Shown here piece by piece: positions 30,558-41,805 of a stretch of DNA of 64,000 bases. The notes beneath the pieces were generated by a model, which searched no databases, was not told the origin of the DNA, and saw nothing but the letters and a program-made list of their open reading frames with translations. The translations under genes and the position numbers were made by a program. The stretch is from positions 167,950 through 231,949 of the forward strand of contig CAVXJO010000007.1 of NCBI GenBank assembly GCA_963762125.1. Reading direction: 5' to 3'. Positions within the stretch are counted from its first letter, which is position 1; every line of letters begins with the position of its first letter. Origin of the DNA: an uncultured Thermoleophilia bacterium. GTDB taxonomy: Bacteria > Actinomycetota > Thermoleophilia > UBA2241.

Positions 30558-31538
30558 TCAAAGGCCGAGCAGCGAGCGGATCTCGGCCTCGTCCCTCGCC
30601 CGCATCAGCTCCAGCGACAGCGGCTTGTCAAGGACGCCGTGGCGACGGAACCTGGGCCAGAACTGGCGGAGGTGGCCGACGGCCCGGCCACCCAGATCGG
30701 CGATCGCCTCGGCCGCGAAGCGGCGGACCTCGACGAGCTTGTCGGCGGGCGCCGGCTCGGCCGCTCCCAGCACCTGCGCGAAGAGCCACGGAGCCCCCAC
30801 CGCGCCGCGGGCGAGCATCACCGCCGCGGCGCCGCCGCCGAGAAGCCGCAGCGCCGCCTCCCTGCCGTCCACGTCGCCGGAGGCGATCACGGGGACGTCC
30901 AGTCCGGCGGCGAGCGCGAACGTCACCGCGTGGTCGGCACGGCCGCGGTAGAGCTGCGCCGCGGTGCGCGGGTGGATGCAGACGGCGGCTGCGCCGGCGG
31001 CGACGAGCCGGGGCGCCGCCAGGCGCCCGAGCTCGTCGCCGTCCCGCAGCCCCGCACGGATCTTCACGGTCACGGGCACGCCGCGCCCCGGCGCGGCGTC
31101 CGCAACCGCCTGCACGACGGCGGCGACGATGCCAGCGGCGCGGCCGGGCTCGGCGAGCAGCGCCGCGCCGGCGCCGGTCTTGACGACCTTGCGTACGGGG
31201 CAGGCCATGTTGACATCGACGAGGTCGGCGCCGGCGGCCACCGCCCGACCGGCGGCATCGGCCAGCACGTCGGCGTCGGCGCCGAACAGCTGGAAGCCGA
31301 GCGGATGCTCGTCCTCCCCGTGGGCGAAGTAGTCGAGCGTGCGCCGGTTGCCGTAGTGCACGCCGTAGGCCGAGATCATCTCGGTGAACACGAGGCCGGC
31401 TCCCCAGCGGCGCACGCTGCGCCGGAACGACGACGTGGTGAGGCCGGCCATGGGCGCCATGATGAGCCGCCGGTCCAGGGTAAGACCGCCCACGGCGAGC
31501 GGCCGAAGGAGCGGGTCGGAAGCGACCACGCCCGTCAC
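30558..31538 (-). CDS. dus: tRNA-dihydrouridine synthase
   Basis: LIMAPMAGLTTSSFRR…DVNMACPVRKV…TVKIRAG… TIM-barrel Dus motifs. 326 aa. Confidence 0.88.
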   Translation of the reverse strand: MTGVVASDPLLRPLAVGGLTLDRRLIMAPMAGLTTSSFRRSVRRWGAGLVFTEMISAYGVHYGNRRTLDYFAHGEDEHPLGFQLFGADADVLADAAGRAVAAGADLVDVNMACPVRKVVKTGAGAALLAEPGRAAGIVAAVVQAVADAAPGRGVPVTVKIRAGLRDGDELGRLAAPRLVAAGAAAVCIHPRTAAQLYRGRADHAVTFALAAGLDVPVIASGDVDGREAALRLLGGGAAAVMLARGAVGAPWLFAQVLGAAEPAPADKLVEVRRFAAEAIADLGGRAVGHLRQFWPRFRRHGVLDKPLSLELMRARDEAEIRSLLGL

Positions 31539-31548
31539 GCCCGTCGCT

Positions 31549-32327
31549 TCAGCCCCGCTGCTGGCGCCGCATCACGATCTCGATGCCGCGCAGCGTGAGG
31601 AACGGATCGACCTTCTCGATGACGTCGGTGTGCCGCGCGATCATCTCGGCGAGTCCGCCGGTGGCGATCACAGGGCACTGCACGCCCAGCTCGGCCCAGA
31701 TGGCGTGCACGACGCCCTCGACCTCGCCGGCGAAGCCGTACACCGCGCCGGACTGGAGAGCCTCGGTGGTCGACTTGCCGATCGCGTGCTCGGGCTCGAT
31801 CAGCTCGACTTTGATGAGCTTGGCCGCCCGAGTGGTGAGCGCCTCAAGGGAGACCTCGATGCCGGGAGCGATGGCGCCCCCGAGGTAGTCGCCCTCTGCG
31901 GAGATGACATCGAAGGTGGTGGCCGTGCCGTAGTCGGCGACGATGCACGGCCCGCCGTACGTCTCGAACGCGGCCACAGCGTTGACGATTCGGTCGGCGC
32001 CGACCTCGGCCGGGTTGCGCGTCTTGATGCGCATGCCGGTGCGCGCGCCGGGGCCGACGACGAAGGCCGGGATGCCGAGGTGCTTCTCGCACATCTCCTC
32101 CCACTGCTGCGTGAGCCTGGGCACCACGGAGGCGACGCCGACCTCGTCCACCACTTCCGCGAGCCGGCGGCCCTGCAGGGAGAAGAGCCCCTGGAGCATC
32201 CCCGCGATCTCGTCGCTGGTGCGGTGCCGCACCGTGGCCATGCGCCATTCGTCGACCACGCCGCCGCCGTCCACGACTCCGAGGTGCGTCTGCGTGTTCC
32301 CGACGTCGACCACGAGCAGCACGGTCA
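31549..32327 (-). CDS. coaX: Type III pantothenate kinase CoaX (GTG start after GGAGG)
   Basis: VLLVVDVGNTQTHLGVV…GPCIVADYGTATTFDVIS…GGAIAPG… The long ORF upstream of the GTG is non-coding overlap with nadC. Confidence 0.88.
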
Positions 32328-33167
32328 GACCTCCAGGTCGAGGGCCAAGTCGATCCAGGGCGCGCGCGTGGTGAGCGCACCGACTGAGATGACGTCCACC
32401 CCTGCCTCGGCGAGCTCGCGCACGCGCCCGAGCTGTACGCCGCCGGAGACTTCGAGCACGGCGCGGCTGGCGACCCGTTCGACAGCCCACCGAATCGTAG
32501 CCGTGTCCATGTTGTCGAGCAGCACGATGGTGGCGCCGCAGGCGAGCGCCTCGTCCAACTGCTCCAGCGTGTCGACCTCGACCTCGAGCCCGTGCAGGTG
32601 CGCCACGCCGGCGCGCACCAGCGCCGTCGCGGCGGCGACGCCGCCGGCCGCGGCGATGTGGTTGTCCTTGATCATGGCGCCGTCGAAGAGGCCGAAGCGG
32701 TGCGGCGTCCCTCCCCCGTGCACCACGGCCTGCTTCTCGAGAGCGCGCAGGCCTGGCGTGGTCTTGCGCGTGGCGGCGATACGCGCCGGCGTGCCGGTCG
32801 TCTCGGCCACGAATGTCGCCGTCAGGGTCGCGACTCCGCTCAGCCGGCAGAGGAAGTTGAGCGCCGTGCGCTCGGCGGCGAGGATCGCCGCCAGCGGGCC
32901 GCGCAACTCGGCGATCACGTCGCCGGCGGAGAAGAGCTCGCCGTCGAGCAGGACGACCTCCACACTGAGCGCGGGATCGACCTGGCGCGCCGTCTCCTCG
33001 AGTGCGGCCACGCCCGACAGCACCCCAGCCTCGCGCGCGATCACGCGGGCGACGCCATCGCCGCTGAAGACCGACCCGGTGAGATCGCCGTAGCCGCCGA
33101 GGTCTTCGCGCAGCGCGCGCCGGACGGCCGTGCGCGCGGCCTGCCGGTACCCGCGCTCGCTCACCGC
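32325..33167 (-). CDS. nadC: Nicotinate-nucleotide pyrophosphorylase (quinolinate phosphoribosyltransferase) NadC. The start is approximate.
   Basis: …ALREDLGGYGDLTG…AGVLSGV…LLDNMDTATI… NadC/ModD fold. Confidence 0.85.
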   Translation of the reverse strand, partial: AVSERGYRQAARTAVRRALREDLGGYGDLTGSVFSGDGVARVIAREAGVLSGVAALEETARQVDPALSVEVVLLDGELFSAGDVIAELRGPLAAILAAERTALNFLCRLSGVATLTATFVAETTGTPARIAATRKTTPGLRALEKQAVVHGGGTPHRFGLFDGAMIKDNHIAAAGGVAAATALVRAGVAHLHGLEVEVDTLEQLDEALACGATIVLLDNMDTATIRWAVERVASRAVLEVSGGVQLGRVRELAEAGVDVISVGALTTRAPWIDLALDLEV

Positions 33168-34801
33168 GCGCCCCGCGAGCCCGGGCCACCGGCACGGTCC
33201 TGCGCCGGCAGCCGCAGGGTGATGTGCCGCCGCCACTCGGCGTCGTCCACCGCCGGGAAGTCGTCGCGCAGGTGCACCCCGCGCGACTCCTCGCGCAGCA
33301 GCGCGCACTTGGCGATCTGTGTCCCCAGCGTGAGCATGTTGAGCACCTCGTACTCGGCCTCACCCAGCTGCGAGAAGCGCAGCTCCGACGTAAGGCCGTT
33401 CAGCTCGTCCAGCGCCGCCTGCAGTTCAACCTGGCGGCGCAGCACGCCGACCTTGTGCTGCATGATGTCGGTGAGGCGCCGGCGCGCACCCGCGACGTCG
33501 CTGTCCCCGTCGCTCGGCTCGCCCTCGGGGATGTCGAAACTGAGACGGCGCACGTCCTCCCCCAGCTTGCCGATGTAGCGGTCAAGATCGCGGACGACGC
33601 GGTCTGAGAACACCAGGCCTTCCAGCAACGAGTTGCTGGCGAGCCGGTTGGCGCCGTGCACGCCGGTGCTCGCCACCTCGCCGCTGGCGTAGAGGCCCGG
33701 GACCGTGGTGCGGCCCCACACGTCGGTGACCACGCCGCCGATGAAGTAGTGGCACACGGGGGCGACGGGGATGAGCTGCGTCGCCAGATCGAGGCCGTGG
33801 TCGCGCAACCCGGCGGTGACGCGCGGAAAGCGCTCCTGCAGCCATGCCGACTCGAGGTGCGTGGCGTCGAGGTAGACGTGCTCCGAGCCCTCCCGGCGCA
33901 TCTCGGCGACCATGCCGCGCACGACGATGTCGCGCGAAGCCAGCTCGGCGCGCGGGTCGTAGGCGCTCATGAAGCGCTCGCCGGCGGCGTTGCGCAGATA
34001 GGCGCCCTCGCCGCGGAGCGCCTCGGTGATGAGCTGGACGGTCTGCTGCCCGGGCACGGCCAAGCCCGTGGGGTGGAACTGCACGAACTCGAGGTCGCGG
34101 ATGGCGGCGCCGGCACGGTAGGCCATGGCGACGCCGTCGCCGGTCGCGACCGGCGGGTTGGTCGTGCGCCCGTACACCTGACCGGCGCCCCCGGTGGCGA
34201 GCACGGTCACCATGGCGACGTTGAGCGTGAGCCCCCCGTCGGCGAGGTTCAGAGTGAGCGCGCCGACGCAGCGGCCGTCCACCGTGAGCAGGTCGATGAC
34301 GAACTCATCCTCGTACAGCTGCACCCGGCTGCCGACGCGGGCCGCCTCGGCGAGGGCGCTCGAGACCTCGCTGCCGGTGGCGTCGCCGCCGGCGTGCACG
34401 ATGCGCGGCAGCGAGTGCGCGCCCTCACGCCCAAGCACGATCTGCCCGTCGACCTTGTCGAACCGCGGGCAGATCTCCATGAGCTCGCGCACGCGGTCCG
34501 GGCCCTCGCTCACCAGCACCCGGACCGCCTCCTCGTCGCAGAGGCCGGCGCCGGCCAGAACGGTGTCCTCGAAGTGGAGCTCCGGTGAGTCCTTCTCGCC
34601 GATGGCGGCGGCGATGCCGCCCTGAGCGAGAAACGTCGTCGTCTCCTCGAAGGTGGACTTGGTGAGGAGCCCGACACGCCAGCGACGGGCCGCGCCGATA
34701 GCGGCGGTAAGGCCGGCGATGCCGCCGCCGAGCACGAGAACGTCGAAGCTTCGCCGGTGCAGCGGCTCACCGGAGCGGACCGCTACGTAGGGACGGGTCA
34801 T
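33161..34801 (-). CDS. nadB: L-aspartate oxidase NadB
   Basis: FAD-binding VLVLGGGIAGLTAA. Fumarate reductase/succinate dehydrogenase flavoprotein fold (…HPTGL…, …GLYASGEVASTGVHGANRLASNSLLE…). 546 aa. Confidence 0.9.
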   Translation of the reverse strand: MTRPYVAVRSGEPLHRRSFDVLVLGGGIAGLTAAIGAARRWRVGLLTKSTFEETTTFLAQGGIAAAIGEKDSPELHFEDTVLAGAGLCDEEAVRVLVSEGPDRVRELMEICPRFDKVDGQIVLGREGAHSLPRIVHAGGDATGSEVSSALAEAARVGSRVQLYEDEFVIDLLTVDGRCVGALTLNLADGGLTLNVAMVTVLATGGAGQVYGRTTNPPVATGDGVAMAYRAGAAIRDLEFVQFHPTGLAVPGQQTVQLITEALRGEGAYLRNAAGERFMSAYDPRAELASRDIVVRGMVAEMRREGSEHVYLDATHLESAWLQERFPRVTAGLRDHGLDLATQLIPVAPVCHYFIGGVVTDVWGRTTVPGLYASGEVASTGVHGANRLASNSLLEGLVFSDRVVRDLDRYIGKLGEDVRRLSFDIPEGEPSDGDSDVAGARRRLTDIMQHKVGVLRRQVELQAALDELNGLTSELRFSQLGEAEYEVLNMLTLGTQIAKCALLREESRGVHLRDDFPAVDDAEWRRHITLRLPAQDRAGGPGSRGAR

Positions 34802-34839
34802 GGCTCCCCCGTCAGCGCCGGCTCGTGATCAGTCACCGC

Positions 34840-35325
34840 TCACCCTTCCGTGGCGTCGTACAACCTCACCTGCTGGGTGCGGGTGGTCGCCCGGCCCAGC
34901 CCGGCGACGTCCATGTCCGGCATGCCCTTCGCGTGCTCCCAGACCTCGGCGAGCGGCACGAGCACGAACGCTCGCTTGACCATTCGCGGGTGCGGGAGCG
35001 TGAGCTCAGGATCGTCGGACTCGGCGTCTTGGAAGAGCAGTATATCGATATCGAGCGTACGCGGGCCAAAGCGCAGCTCGCGCACGCGGCCGTGCTCGCG
35101 CTCGATGCGCTGGCACTCACGCAGCAGGTCGAGCGGCTGCAGGGCCGTCTCCAGGCAGACCACCTGGTTGAGGAAGGTGTCCTGGTCCGGCAGGTCCTGC
35201 GGCGCCGTCTCGTAGATGCGGGAAGCGGCGACGATGGTGGTCGCGGGCAGCGCCGCAAGAGCCTCGCGCGCAGCGCCGAGGTACGCCGTCCGGTCGCCGA
35301 GGTTGGAGCCGAGCGACACGAAGAC
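34840..35325 (-). CDS. folK: 6-hydroxymethyl-7,8-dihydropterin pyrophosphokinase FolK (the start is approximate; the ORF continues to 35517)
   Basis: …VFVSLGSNLGDR…GPRTLDIDILLF…HPRM… HPPK motifs. Confidence 0.85.
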   Translation of the reverse strand, partial: VFVSLGSNLGDRTAYLGAAREALAALPATTIVAASRIYETAPQDLPDQDTFLNQVVCLETALQPLDLLRECQRIEREHGRVRELRFGPRTLDIDILLFQDAESDDPELTLPHPRMVKRAFVLVPLAEVWEHAKGMPDMDVAGLGRATTRTQQVRLYDATEG

Positions 35326-35396
35326 GCGACTCCCCGGCGAGGCAGGGAGCGGCGCCCCTGCGGTGCCCCGCTCGATAGCTTGCCCACGACGGCCGG

Positions 35397-35762
35397 TCAC
35401 GAGGTCCGCACCACCTCGACGCGCGCCGCGTGGATCGGCAGGGACACCGGCGGCGCGATCTTGCTTACCGCGACCTCGACCAGCACCGGGTCGAACTCGT
35501 CCCAGAGGCCGTCGCACAGGACGGTGGCGAGGCGCTCGAGGAGGTTGAATTCGCCGTTCTCCACCACGCCGCGCACGTGGTTCACGATGCGGCTGTAGTT
35601 GACCGTGTCCTCCAGGTCGTCGCTCTGGCCGGCGCCTCGCGCCTGCGGGTCGAGGCGCACGTCGATCGCCAGTGTCTGGCCGATGGCCCGTTCTTCCGCG
35701 GTCACGCCGCAGCGCCCCCGCAGCTGGATGCCCTCAAGGATGATCGACAGAGTTCGCGTCAT
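35397..35762 (-). CDS. folB: Dihydroneopterin aldolase FolB
   Basis: 121 aa. …GVTAEERAIGQTLAIDVRL…DTVNYSRI… FolB fold. Confidence 0.85.
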   Translation of the reverse strand: MTRTLSIILEGIQLRGRCGVTAEERAIGQTLAIDVRLDPQARGAGQSDDLEDTVNYSRIVNHVRGVVENGEFNLLERLATVLCDGLWDEFDPVLVEVAVSKIAPPVSLPIHAARVEVVRTS

Positions 35763-35796
35763 GGTGCGGCCTCCTTGCCTCGCGACCGGCAGCCGG

Positions 35797-36639
35797 TCAG
35801 GGAACAGTGACGCCCTCGCGCACGGCGAGCGCGACCCGCAGCGCTTCGAAGTTGGGTTTGACGTCGTGGACGCGGAAGATGTGCGCGCCGGCGAGATAGC
35901 CGATCACGGTCGTCGCCACCGTACCGGTCACACGGTCGGCGGGCTCGACGCCGAGGATCGCACCGAGGAAGCGCTTGCGTGAGGCGCCCAGCACGACCGG
36001 ACGGCCGAGCTCGGTGAAGCGCGCGAGACCGTCGAGGAGCGCGAGGTTGTGGGCGACGGTCTTGCCGAAGCCGACCCCGGGGTCGACCATGATCTGTTCC
36101 TCGCGCACGCCGTGGGCGAGCGCGAAGCTCATGCGCTCCTCGAGAAAGTGCAGCACGTCGTCGACGACGTCGTCGTAGCGCGGGTCGTCCTGCATCGTCT
36201 TGGGCTGCCCCTTCATGTGCATCAGGCACACGGGGCAGCCTGCCTCGGCGACCACGCCGGCCATCTCGTCGTCGAAGCGCAGAGCGCTCACGTCGTTGAT
36301 GATGTTCGCCCCCGCGGCGAGCGCTCGTCGGGCGACCTCCGCCTTCATCGTGTCGACCGAGATCGGCACACCGACGCTGCCGGCGAGCGCCTCGACCACC
36401 GGCAGCACGCGGCGCAGCTCCTCGCGCGCAGGGACCGTCTCGGACCCCGGCCGCGTGGATTCGCCGCCGATGTCGACGATGGCGGCGCCCTCCCGCACGA
36501 GCGTGAGGGCCTGCTCGAGCGCGGCGTCGGCGGCGAGGAACCGGCCGCCGTCGGAGAAGGAGTCGGGCGTGACGTTGACCACGCCCATGATGGCCGGAAA
36601 CGGCAGGTCCAGTGCGAACGTCGGCGCGACCGGCAGCAT
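35797..36639 (-). CDS. folP: Dihydropteroate synthase FolP
   Basis: IMGVVNVTPDSFSDGG…GAAIVDIGGESTRPG…INDVSALR… pterin-binding TIM barrel. Confidence 0.9.
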   Translation of the reverse strand: MLPVAPTFALDLPFPAIMGVVNVTPDSFSDGGRFLAADAALEQALTLVREGAAIVDIGGESTRPGSETVPAREELRRVLPVVEALAGSVGVPISVDTMKAEVARRALAAGANIINDVSALRFDDEMAGVVAEAGCPVCLMHMKGQPKTMQDDPRYDDVVDDVLHFLEERMSFALAHGVREEQIMVDPGVGFGKTVAHNLALLDGLARFTELGRPVVLGASRKRFLGAILGVEPADRVTGTVATTVIGYLAGAHIFRVHDVKPNFEALRVALAVREGVTVP

Positions 36640-36650
36640 GGCTGGCCGGG

Positions 36651-37220
36651 TCAGTGCGGCGCGTTGATGAGGGCGAACACCTCGGCGCGCGTGGCCTCGT
36701 TGGTCTGGATGAGCCCGCGCACGGCGCTGGTGACGGTCTTGGCGCCCGGCGTGCGCACGCCGCGCATGCTCATGCAGAGATGCTCGGCCTCGATGAGCAC
36801 GAGCGCGCCGGTCGGCTGCAGGGACAGCTCGATGGCGTCGGCGACCTCGCTCGTGATCCGCTCCTGCAACTGCGGACGCGCTGCGACCTGGCGCACGACG
36901 CGCGCCAGCTTGCTCAGCCCGGCGATGTGGCCGTGGTTGCTGGGAATGTAGGCGACGTGAGCGCGCCCGTGGAACGGCAGCAGATGGTGCTCGCAGATCG
37001 AGTAGAAGTCGATGTCCTTGATGAGCACCATCTCGCGATGGTGGTCTCCCGGGATCGCCCCGAGCAACTCCGCCGGGTCCGGCGCGCCGATTCCGGAGAA
37101 GATGTCAACGTACATGTCGGCGACGCGCTGCGGGGTCTTCTGCAGCCCGGGACGGTCCGGGTCCTCGCCGATGCCCTCGAGGATGAGGCGAACACCGGCC
37201 TTTATCTTATCGCTGTCCAC
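36651..37220 (-). CDS. folE: GTP cyclohydrolase I FolE (the start is approximate)
   Basis: …[19 protein letters not shown]…LSKLARVV… including the catalytic CEHH motif. Confidence 0.88.
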   Translation of the reverse strand: MDSDKIKAGVRLILEGIGEDPDRPGLQKTPQRVADMYVDIFSGIGAPDPAELLGAIPGDHHREMVLIKDIDFYSICEHHLLPFHGRAHVAYIPSNHGHIAGLSKLARVVRQVAARPQLQERITSEVADAIELSLQPTGALVLIEAEHLCMSMRGVRTPGAKTVTSAVRGLIQTNEATRAEVFALINAPH

Positions 37221-37248
37221 GTGCTGGGAAGAGGGCCGCCGAAGGCGG

Positions 37249-39450
37249 TCAGGTCGCCTCGGGATTGACCGGGTTGACGTGCGCCGGCTTGGGCACCGGC
37301 GGCTGCTTGGCGCGCTGGCGCTTCTCAAGCTCCGGCGGCGGGCCCTGACGGCGTGCCGCCTCCTTCGCGTCCCGCTCGCGGAACACTTCGTCCTCGGGCA
37401 GGCCGTCGACGAGCGCCTGGAACTCGTGCGCCTCGATCGTCTCGCGCGTGATCAGGATCTTGCTCACGCGGTCGAGGATCTCGCGCTTCTCGACGAGCAG
37501 GTCCTTGGCGCGCTGGTGCGCCTCCTCGATGATGCGCCGGATCTCGTCGTCGATCTGCTTGGCGATCTCCTCCGAGTAGTCGGCCTGTTGCTGGAACTCG
37601 CGCCCCAGGAAGGGCATCGACTGGTCGTGGCCGAGGGTGCGCGGCCCGAGCTCCTCGCTCATGCCGTAGCGCATGATCATCTGCTTGGCGGTGCCGGTCG
37701 CCTTCTCGAGGTCGTTGGCGGCGCCGGTGGTGATCTCGCCGAAGACGACCTCCTCGGCGGCGCGCCCGCCGAGCGTCATCGAGAGCGTGTCCATGAGCTC
37801 CTGCTTGGTGGTCAGGAACTTGTCCTCGGTGGGCAGCGAGATCGTGTAGCCCAGCGCCTGGCCGCGGCTGACCACGGAGATCTTGTGCACCGGGTCGGTG
37901 AACTCGAGGAAGTGGCCCACGAGGGCGTGGCCCATCTCGTGGTAGGCGGTGATCGCCTTCTCCTTCTCGCTGATGATGCGCGTCTTCTTCTCCGGTCCCG
38001 CGAGCACGCGCATGATGCCCTCTTCGAGCTCGCTCATGCCGATCAGCTTCTTGCCGTGGCGGGCGGCCAGCAGGGCCGCCTCGTTGACCAGGTTGGCGAG
38101 GTCGGCGCCGGTGAAGCCGGGCGTCTGCGCGGCCAGGGCGTCGAGGTCGATGTCCTTGTCGATGGGCTTGCCGCGTGAGTGCACCTCGAGGATCAGCTTG
38201 CGCCCCGGGCGGTCGGGGCGGTCGACGACGATCTGGCGGTCGAAGCGTCCCGGGCGCAGCAGCGCCGGGTCGAGGATGTCGGGGCGGTTGGTGGCGGCGA
38301 TGAGGATGATGTTGTCCTTCATCTCGAAGCCGTCCATCTCCACGAGCAGCTGGTTGAGCGTCTGCTCGCGCTCGTCGTGGCCGCCGCCGAGGCCGGCGCC
38401 GCGGTGGCGGCCGACGGCGTCGATCTCGTCCACGAAGATGATGCAGGGCGCGTTCTGCTTCGCCTGCTCGAACAGGTCGCGCACGCGCGAGGCGCCCACG
38501 CCCACGAACATCTCCACGAAGTCGGAGCCGCTGATACTGAAGAAGGGCACCCCCGCCTCGCCGGCCACGGCGCGCGCCAGCAGCGTCTTGCCCGTGCCCG
38601 GCGGGCCGTAGAGCAGCACCCCCTTGGGGATGCGCGCCCCCAGCTGCTGGAACTTCTTCGGGTTCTCGAGGAACTCCTTGATCTCGTGCAGCTCCTCGAC
38701 CGCCTCGTCGGCGCCGGCCACGTCCTTGAAGGTCACCTTGGGCGCGTCCACGCTGACGCGCTTGGCGCGGCTCTTGCCGAAGCTCATCACCTTGGAGCCG
38801 CCGCCCTGCATCTGGTTCATCATGAAGAACCAGAATCCGAGGATCAGCAGGATGGGCAAGATCGTGAACAGGGCGCTCGTCCACCACGCCGACTTGGGAC
38901 TCGTGGCATTGTAGGCGACGTTGTACTGGTTCAGGAACGCCGTAGTCGCCGCTGGGTCGGTGTAGGCGACGGAGTAGGCCTCCTGCTTGCCGTTGACCGG
39001 CTTGAGCGTGACCTCCATCGTCTGGTCCTTGACGTTGAGCACGACAGAATCGACCCTGCCGTTGACGACGTCGTTGGCAAAGCTCGGTTGGACCTGATCG
39101 GCAGCGGGCGGACTCACCGTGCCCGAGGACACCGTGAGGTCGGGATTGTCCGTCTTGATCTGCGGGGGCTGCAGCGCCATGTCCGTGATTCCCGTCACGT
39201 AGTACTGCAGCCCGCCGATCTCAGTCACCTTGGCCACCGTGGGGTCGCCGGTGTCGAAGACCACCGTCTGGACGACCCCGTTCTGGAGGTCGCTCTGCAT
39301 CACCGTCTGTGTGGTGACGAACGGCGCGGAATAGATGGCCTTGGGCGTGGTGTTGGCCTTGTTGCCCGAGATGACCCACTCGATGAACATCGCCACGATG
39401 ATGACGATGAGAATGGGGAACAGCGCACTGCGGATGAATCTGCTCACGGT
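37249..39450 (-). CDS. ftsH: ATP-dependent zinc metalloprotease FtsH (the start is approximate)
   Basis: Two TM helices flank an extracytoplasmic domain of about 200 aa. AAA+ module ([19 protein letters not shown]) with second region of homology. Zinc-binding motif HEMGHAL. Intact. Confidence 0.92.
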   Translation of the reverse strand, partial: TVSRFIRSALFPILIVIIVAMFIEWVISGNKANTTPKAIYSAPFVTTQTVMQSDLQNGVVQTVVFDTGDPTVAKVTEIGGLQYYVTGITDMALQPPQIKTDNPDLTVSSGTVSPPAADQVQPSFANDVVNGRVDSVVLNVKDQTMEVTLKPVNGKQEAYSVAYTDPAATTAFLNQYNVAYNATSPKSAWWTSALFTILPILLILGFWFFMMNQMQGGGSKVMSFGKSRAKRVSVDAPKVTFKDVAGADEAVEELHEIKEFLENPKKFQQLGARIPKGVLLYGPPGTGKTLLARAVAGEAGVPFFSISGSDFVEMFVGVGASRVRDLFEQAKQNAPCIIFVDEIDAVGRHRGAGLGGGHDEREQTLNQLLVEMDGFEMKDNIILIAATNRPDILDPALLRPGRFDRQIVVDRPDRPGRKLILEVHSRGKPIDKDIDLDALAAQTPGFTGADLANLVNEAALLAARHGKKLIGMSELEEGIMRVLAGPEKKTRIISEKEKAITAYHEMGHALVGHFLEFTDPVHKISVVSRGQALGYTISLPTEDKFLTTKQELMDTLSMTLGGRAAEEVVFGEITTGAANDLEKATGTAKQMIMRYGMSEELGPRTLGHDQSMPFLGREFQQQADYSEEIAKQIDDEIRRIIEEAHQRAKDLLVEKREILDRVSKILITRETIEAHEFQALVDGLPEDEVFRERDAKEAARRQGPPPELEKRQRAKQPPVPKPAHVNPVNPEAT

Positions 39451-39544
39451 GACCCTTCTCGACGGGTGCGGACCCCGGGGGCCGACTCGAGACCTCGATG
39501 TGCCTGCAAATCGACCGTCCGGTGACGGTAACATACCCTCCCGA

Positions 39545-40111
39545 CTACAGCAAAGAACCCGCCTGGTCGACGATCTCGGCGGCGGCCTCAGGGGTCAGGA
39601 CTCCTATGTAGTCTAGCGTGCGGAAGCGATCGGCGAGGTCGAGGCCGTAGCCGACCACGAACTTGTCGGGGATCTCGAAGCCGACGTAGCGGCACGGGAT
39701 CTCCGTACGCCGCCGCGACGGCTTGGTGAGGAGCGCACAGATCTCCAGGGACGCCGGCTTGCGGCTGCGCAGGTTCTTGAGCAGGTAGCTCAGCGTGAGC
39801 CCGGAGTCGATGATGTCCTCGACGATGAGCACGTCCCTGCCGGCGATCTCCAGGTCCAGGTCCTTGAGGATGCGCACCACGCCCGACGAGTCGGTCGACG
39901 AGCCGTAACTCGAGACCGCCATGAAGTCGAGCGCCACCGGCACGTCGATGCGCCGCGCCAGGTCGGCCATGAAGAAGACGGCACCTTTGAGCACGCCGAC
40001 GAGGAGCAGTTCTCTACCCTCGTAGTCGCGGGTGATCTCGACGGCCAGCTCGTCCACACGGGAGGCCAGAGCCTCGCGGTCGACGAGTACCTCAGCGATC
40101 GGCACGTTCAC
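39545..40111 (-). CDS. hpt: Hypoxanthine-guanine phosphoribosyltransferase
   Basis: PRPP-binding motif [15 protein letters not shown]. 188 aa. Confidence 0.9.
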   Translation of the reverse strand: MNVPIAEVLVDREALASRVDELAVEITRDYEGRELLLVGVLKGAVFFMADLARRIDVPVALDFMAVSSYGSSTDSSGVVRILKDLDLEIAGRDVLIVEDIIDSGLTLSYLLKNLRSRKPASLEICALLTKPSRRRTEIPCRYVGFEIPDKFVVGYGLDLADRFRTLDYIGVLTPEAAAEIVDQAGSLL

Positions 40112-41548
40112 GTTCCCTCCTGGACGACGTGCAGTGTCAGAGCACTACTCTGGGCCACCCGGAAGGCCTGCGCAACCCTGCCGGGCCCGGCGCCCAGCCA
40201 GGCGGCGCGGCCGTCGACGTCGAGCAGCGGCGCCAGCGGGCGCTGCTCGGCGGGAACCCGCGCCGCCGCCAAGTAGCGGGCGACCGTGGTCTCGCCGTCC
40301 AGCCCGAGCGGGGCGAAGCGCTCGCCGCGGCGCGCGTGCCGCAGCGTCACGCGCCGCGGCGCGGCCGCTCAGACCGGCGAACGCCGCGCCGGCGAGCGCG
40401 GCCTCGCGGTCGAAGGCCGCGCCCGGACGAAGACGCAACCGCCAGACGCGAGCACAGAACTCCACCGCCAGGCCGGCCTCGCCGGCGGCCGCGAGAGCCG
40501 CCCCGTCCACGACCGCCTGCGGGCACACGTGGGCCGCGCCGACGGCGCGGATGCGCAACGCGCCGCGGCCGCGTACACCCTCGAGGCCGCGCCCGAGGCT
40601 CACCCGGCCGGCGTCATCGACGCGCTCCGCGAGACGCAGAAGCGCCTCGACGATCCGGCGCTCGACCAGCGCCTCCCCGCCCATCGCCTCCCGCACAAGG
40701 TCGTGCAGCACGAGCGCACGCAGGGCCGGTGGCTCGGCGGCCAGCGCGGTGAGGTCGACGACCACGAGGTCGCCCGCGCCGGGCGGCCGCACCACGCGCT
40801 CGCGGGCTCCGGCGGCGACGGCCGCCAGCACGTCGGCCTCAGCCGCCGCCTGCTCCGCCGCCGCCGCGAGCGTCTCGGCGAGACGCGGGTTCAGCGCCTC
40901 GAGCCGCGGCAGCACCTCGAGGCGCAGCACGTTACGCGCGTAGTGAGGCGCGGTGTTGGTCACGTCCTCACCGTACTCGACGCCGGCCGCGCGGCAGTAC
41001 TCTCTGATCTCGGCCGCCCCCAGGCCCAGGAGCGGCCGCGCCAGGTCCCCGTCCCGCGGCCGCATGCCGGCCAAGCCGCGTGGCGAGGCGTACTTCGTCA
41101 GCCGGTACAGGATCGTCTCCGCCTGGTCGTCGCGGTTGTGCGCCGTGGCGACGACGCCGTAGCCGTGTTCGACCGCGAGCTGCCGAGCGAGACCGTATCG
41201 CTGCTCCCGGGCGCGCGCCTGAAAATCGCGACCGGCGAGCCGGCCACCCAGGCGCTCCACATGCAGAGGGAGGCCGGTCTCGCGGCACGCACGCTCGACG
41301 ATCCGTCTGTCACGGTCGGAGTCGGCGCCGCGCAGGCCGTAGTCCACGTGCAGCGCGGCCAGGCGCAGACCGAGGCTCAAGCGCCGGTCGGCAGCGCGTA
41401 CGAGAGACAGCAAGGCCATGGAGTCGGCCCCCCCAGAGAGCAGCAGCAGGACGTGCTCGCCCGGGCGCAGTGCGCCGGTAACGGAGATCGCTTCGGCGAC
41501 GCGGCGCTGGAGTCGGAGACATGCGGCAGGGAGACGCACTCCGTCTAC
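40108..41548 (-). CDS. tilS: tRNA(Ile)-lysidine synthetase TilS, with one frameshift near 40350
   Basis: PP-loop LLLLSGGADSMAL in the main frame. The conserved C-terminal box RRGERFAPLG…VP…LDVDGRAAWLG is read in another frame (ORF 40108-40350). The start codon is approximate (GTG). Confidence 0.75.
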
Positions 41549-41805
41549 CCCGGAAGCGCCACGACGCGGTCGGCGCGGCGGCTCGCCCCGACACGTCCGT
41601 CGTGCTCGGCACGCGGCTCGCCCGCGCGGGTGAGCGGGAGAACGTTGTGTCGCGCCTCGCCGTCTCCGGGCACGGTGCTGACGACCGGCAGGACGGTCAT
41701 GACTGCCTCCTTGACGCGGCTCGACCGGGCACGCACAAAGGGATGTGCGGAGCATAGCAGACGGTCCGCCGGGCCCTCTCGAAGCTGCGAGAGGAGGTGC
41801 GGCGT

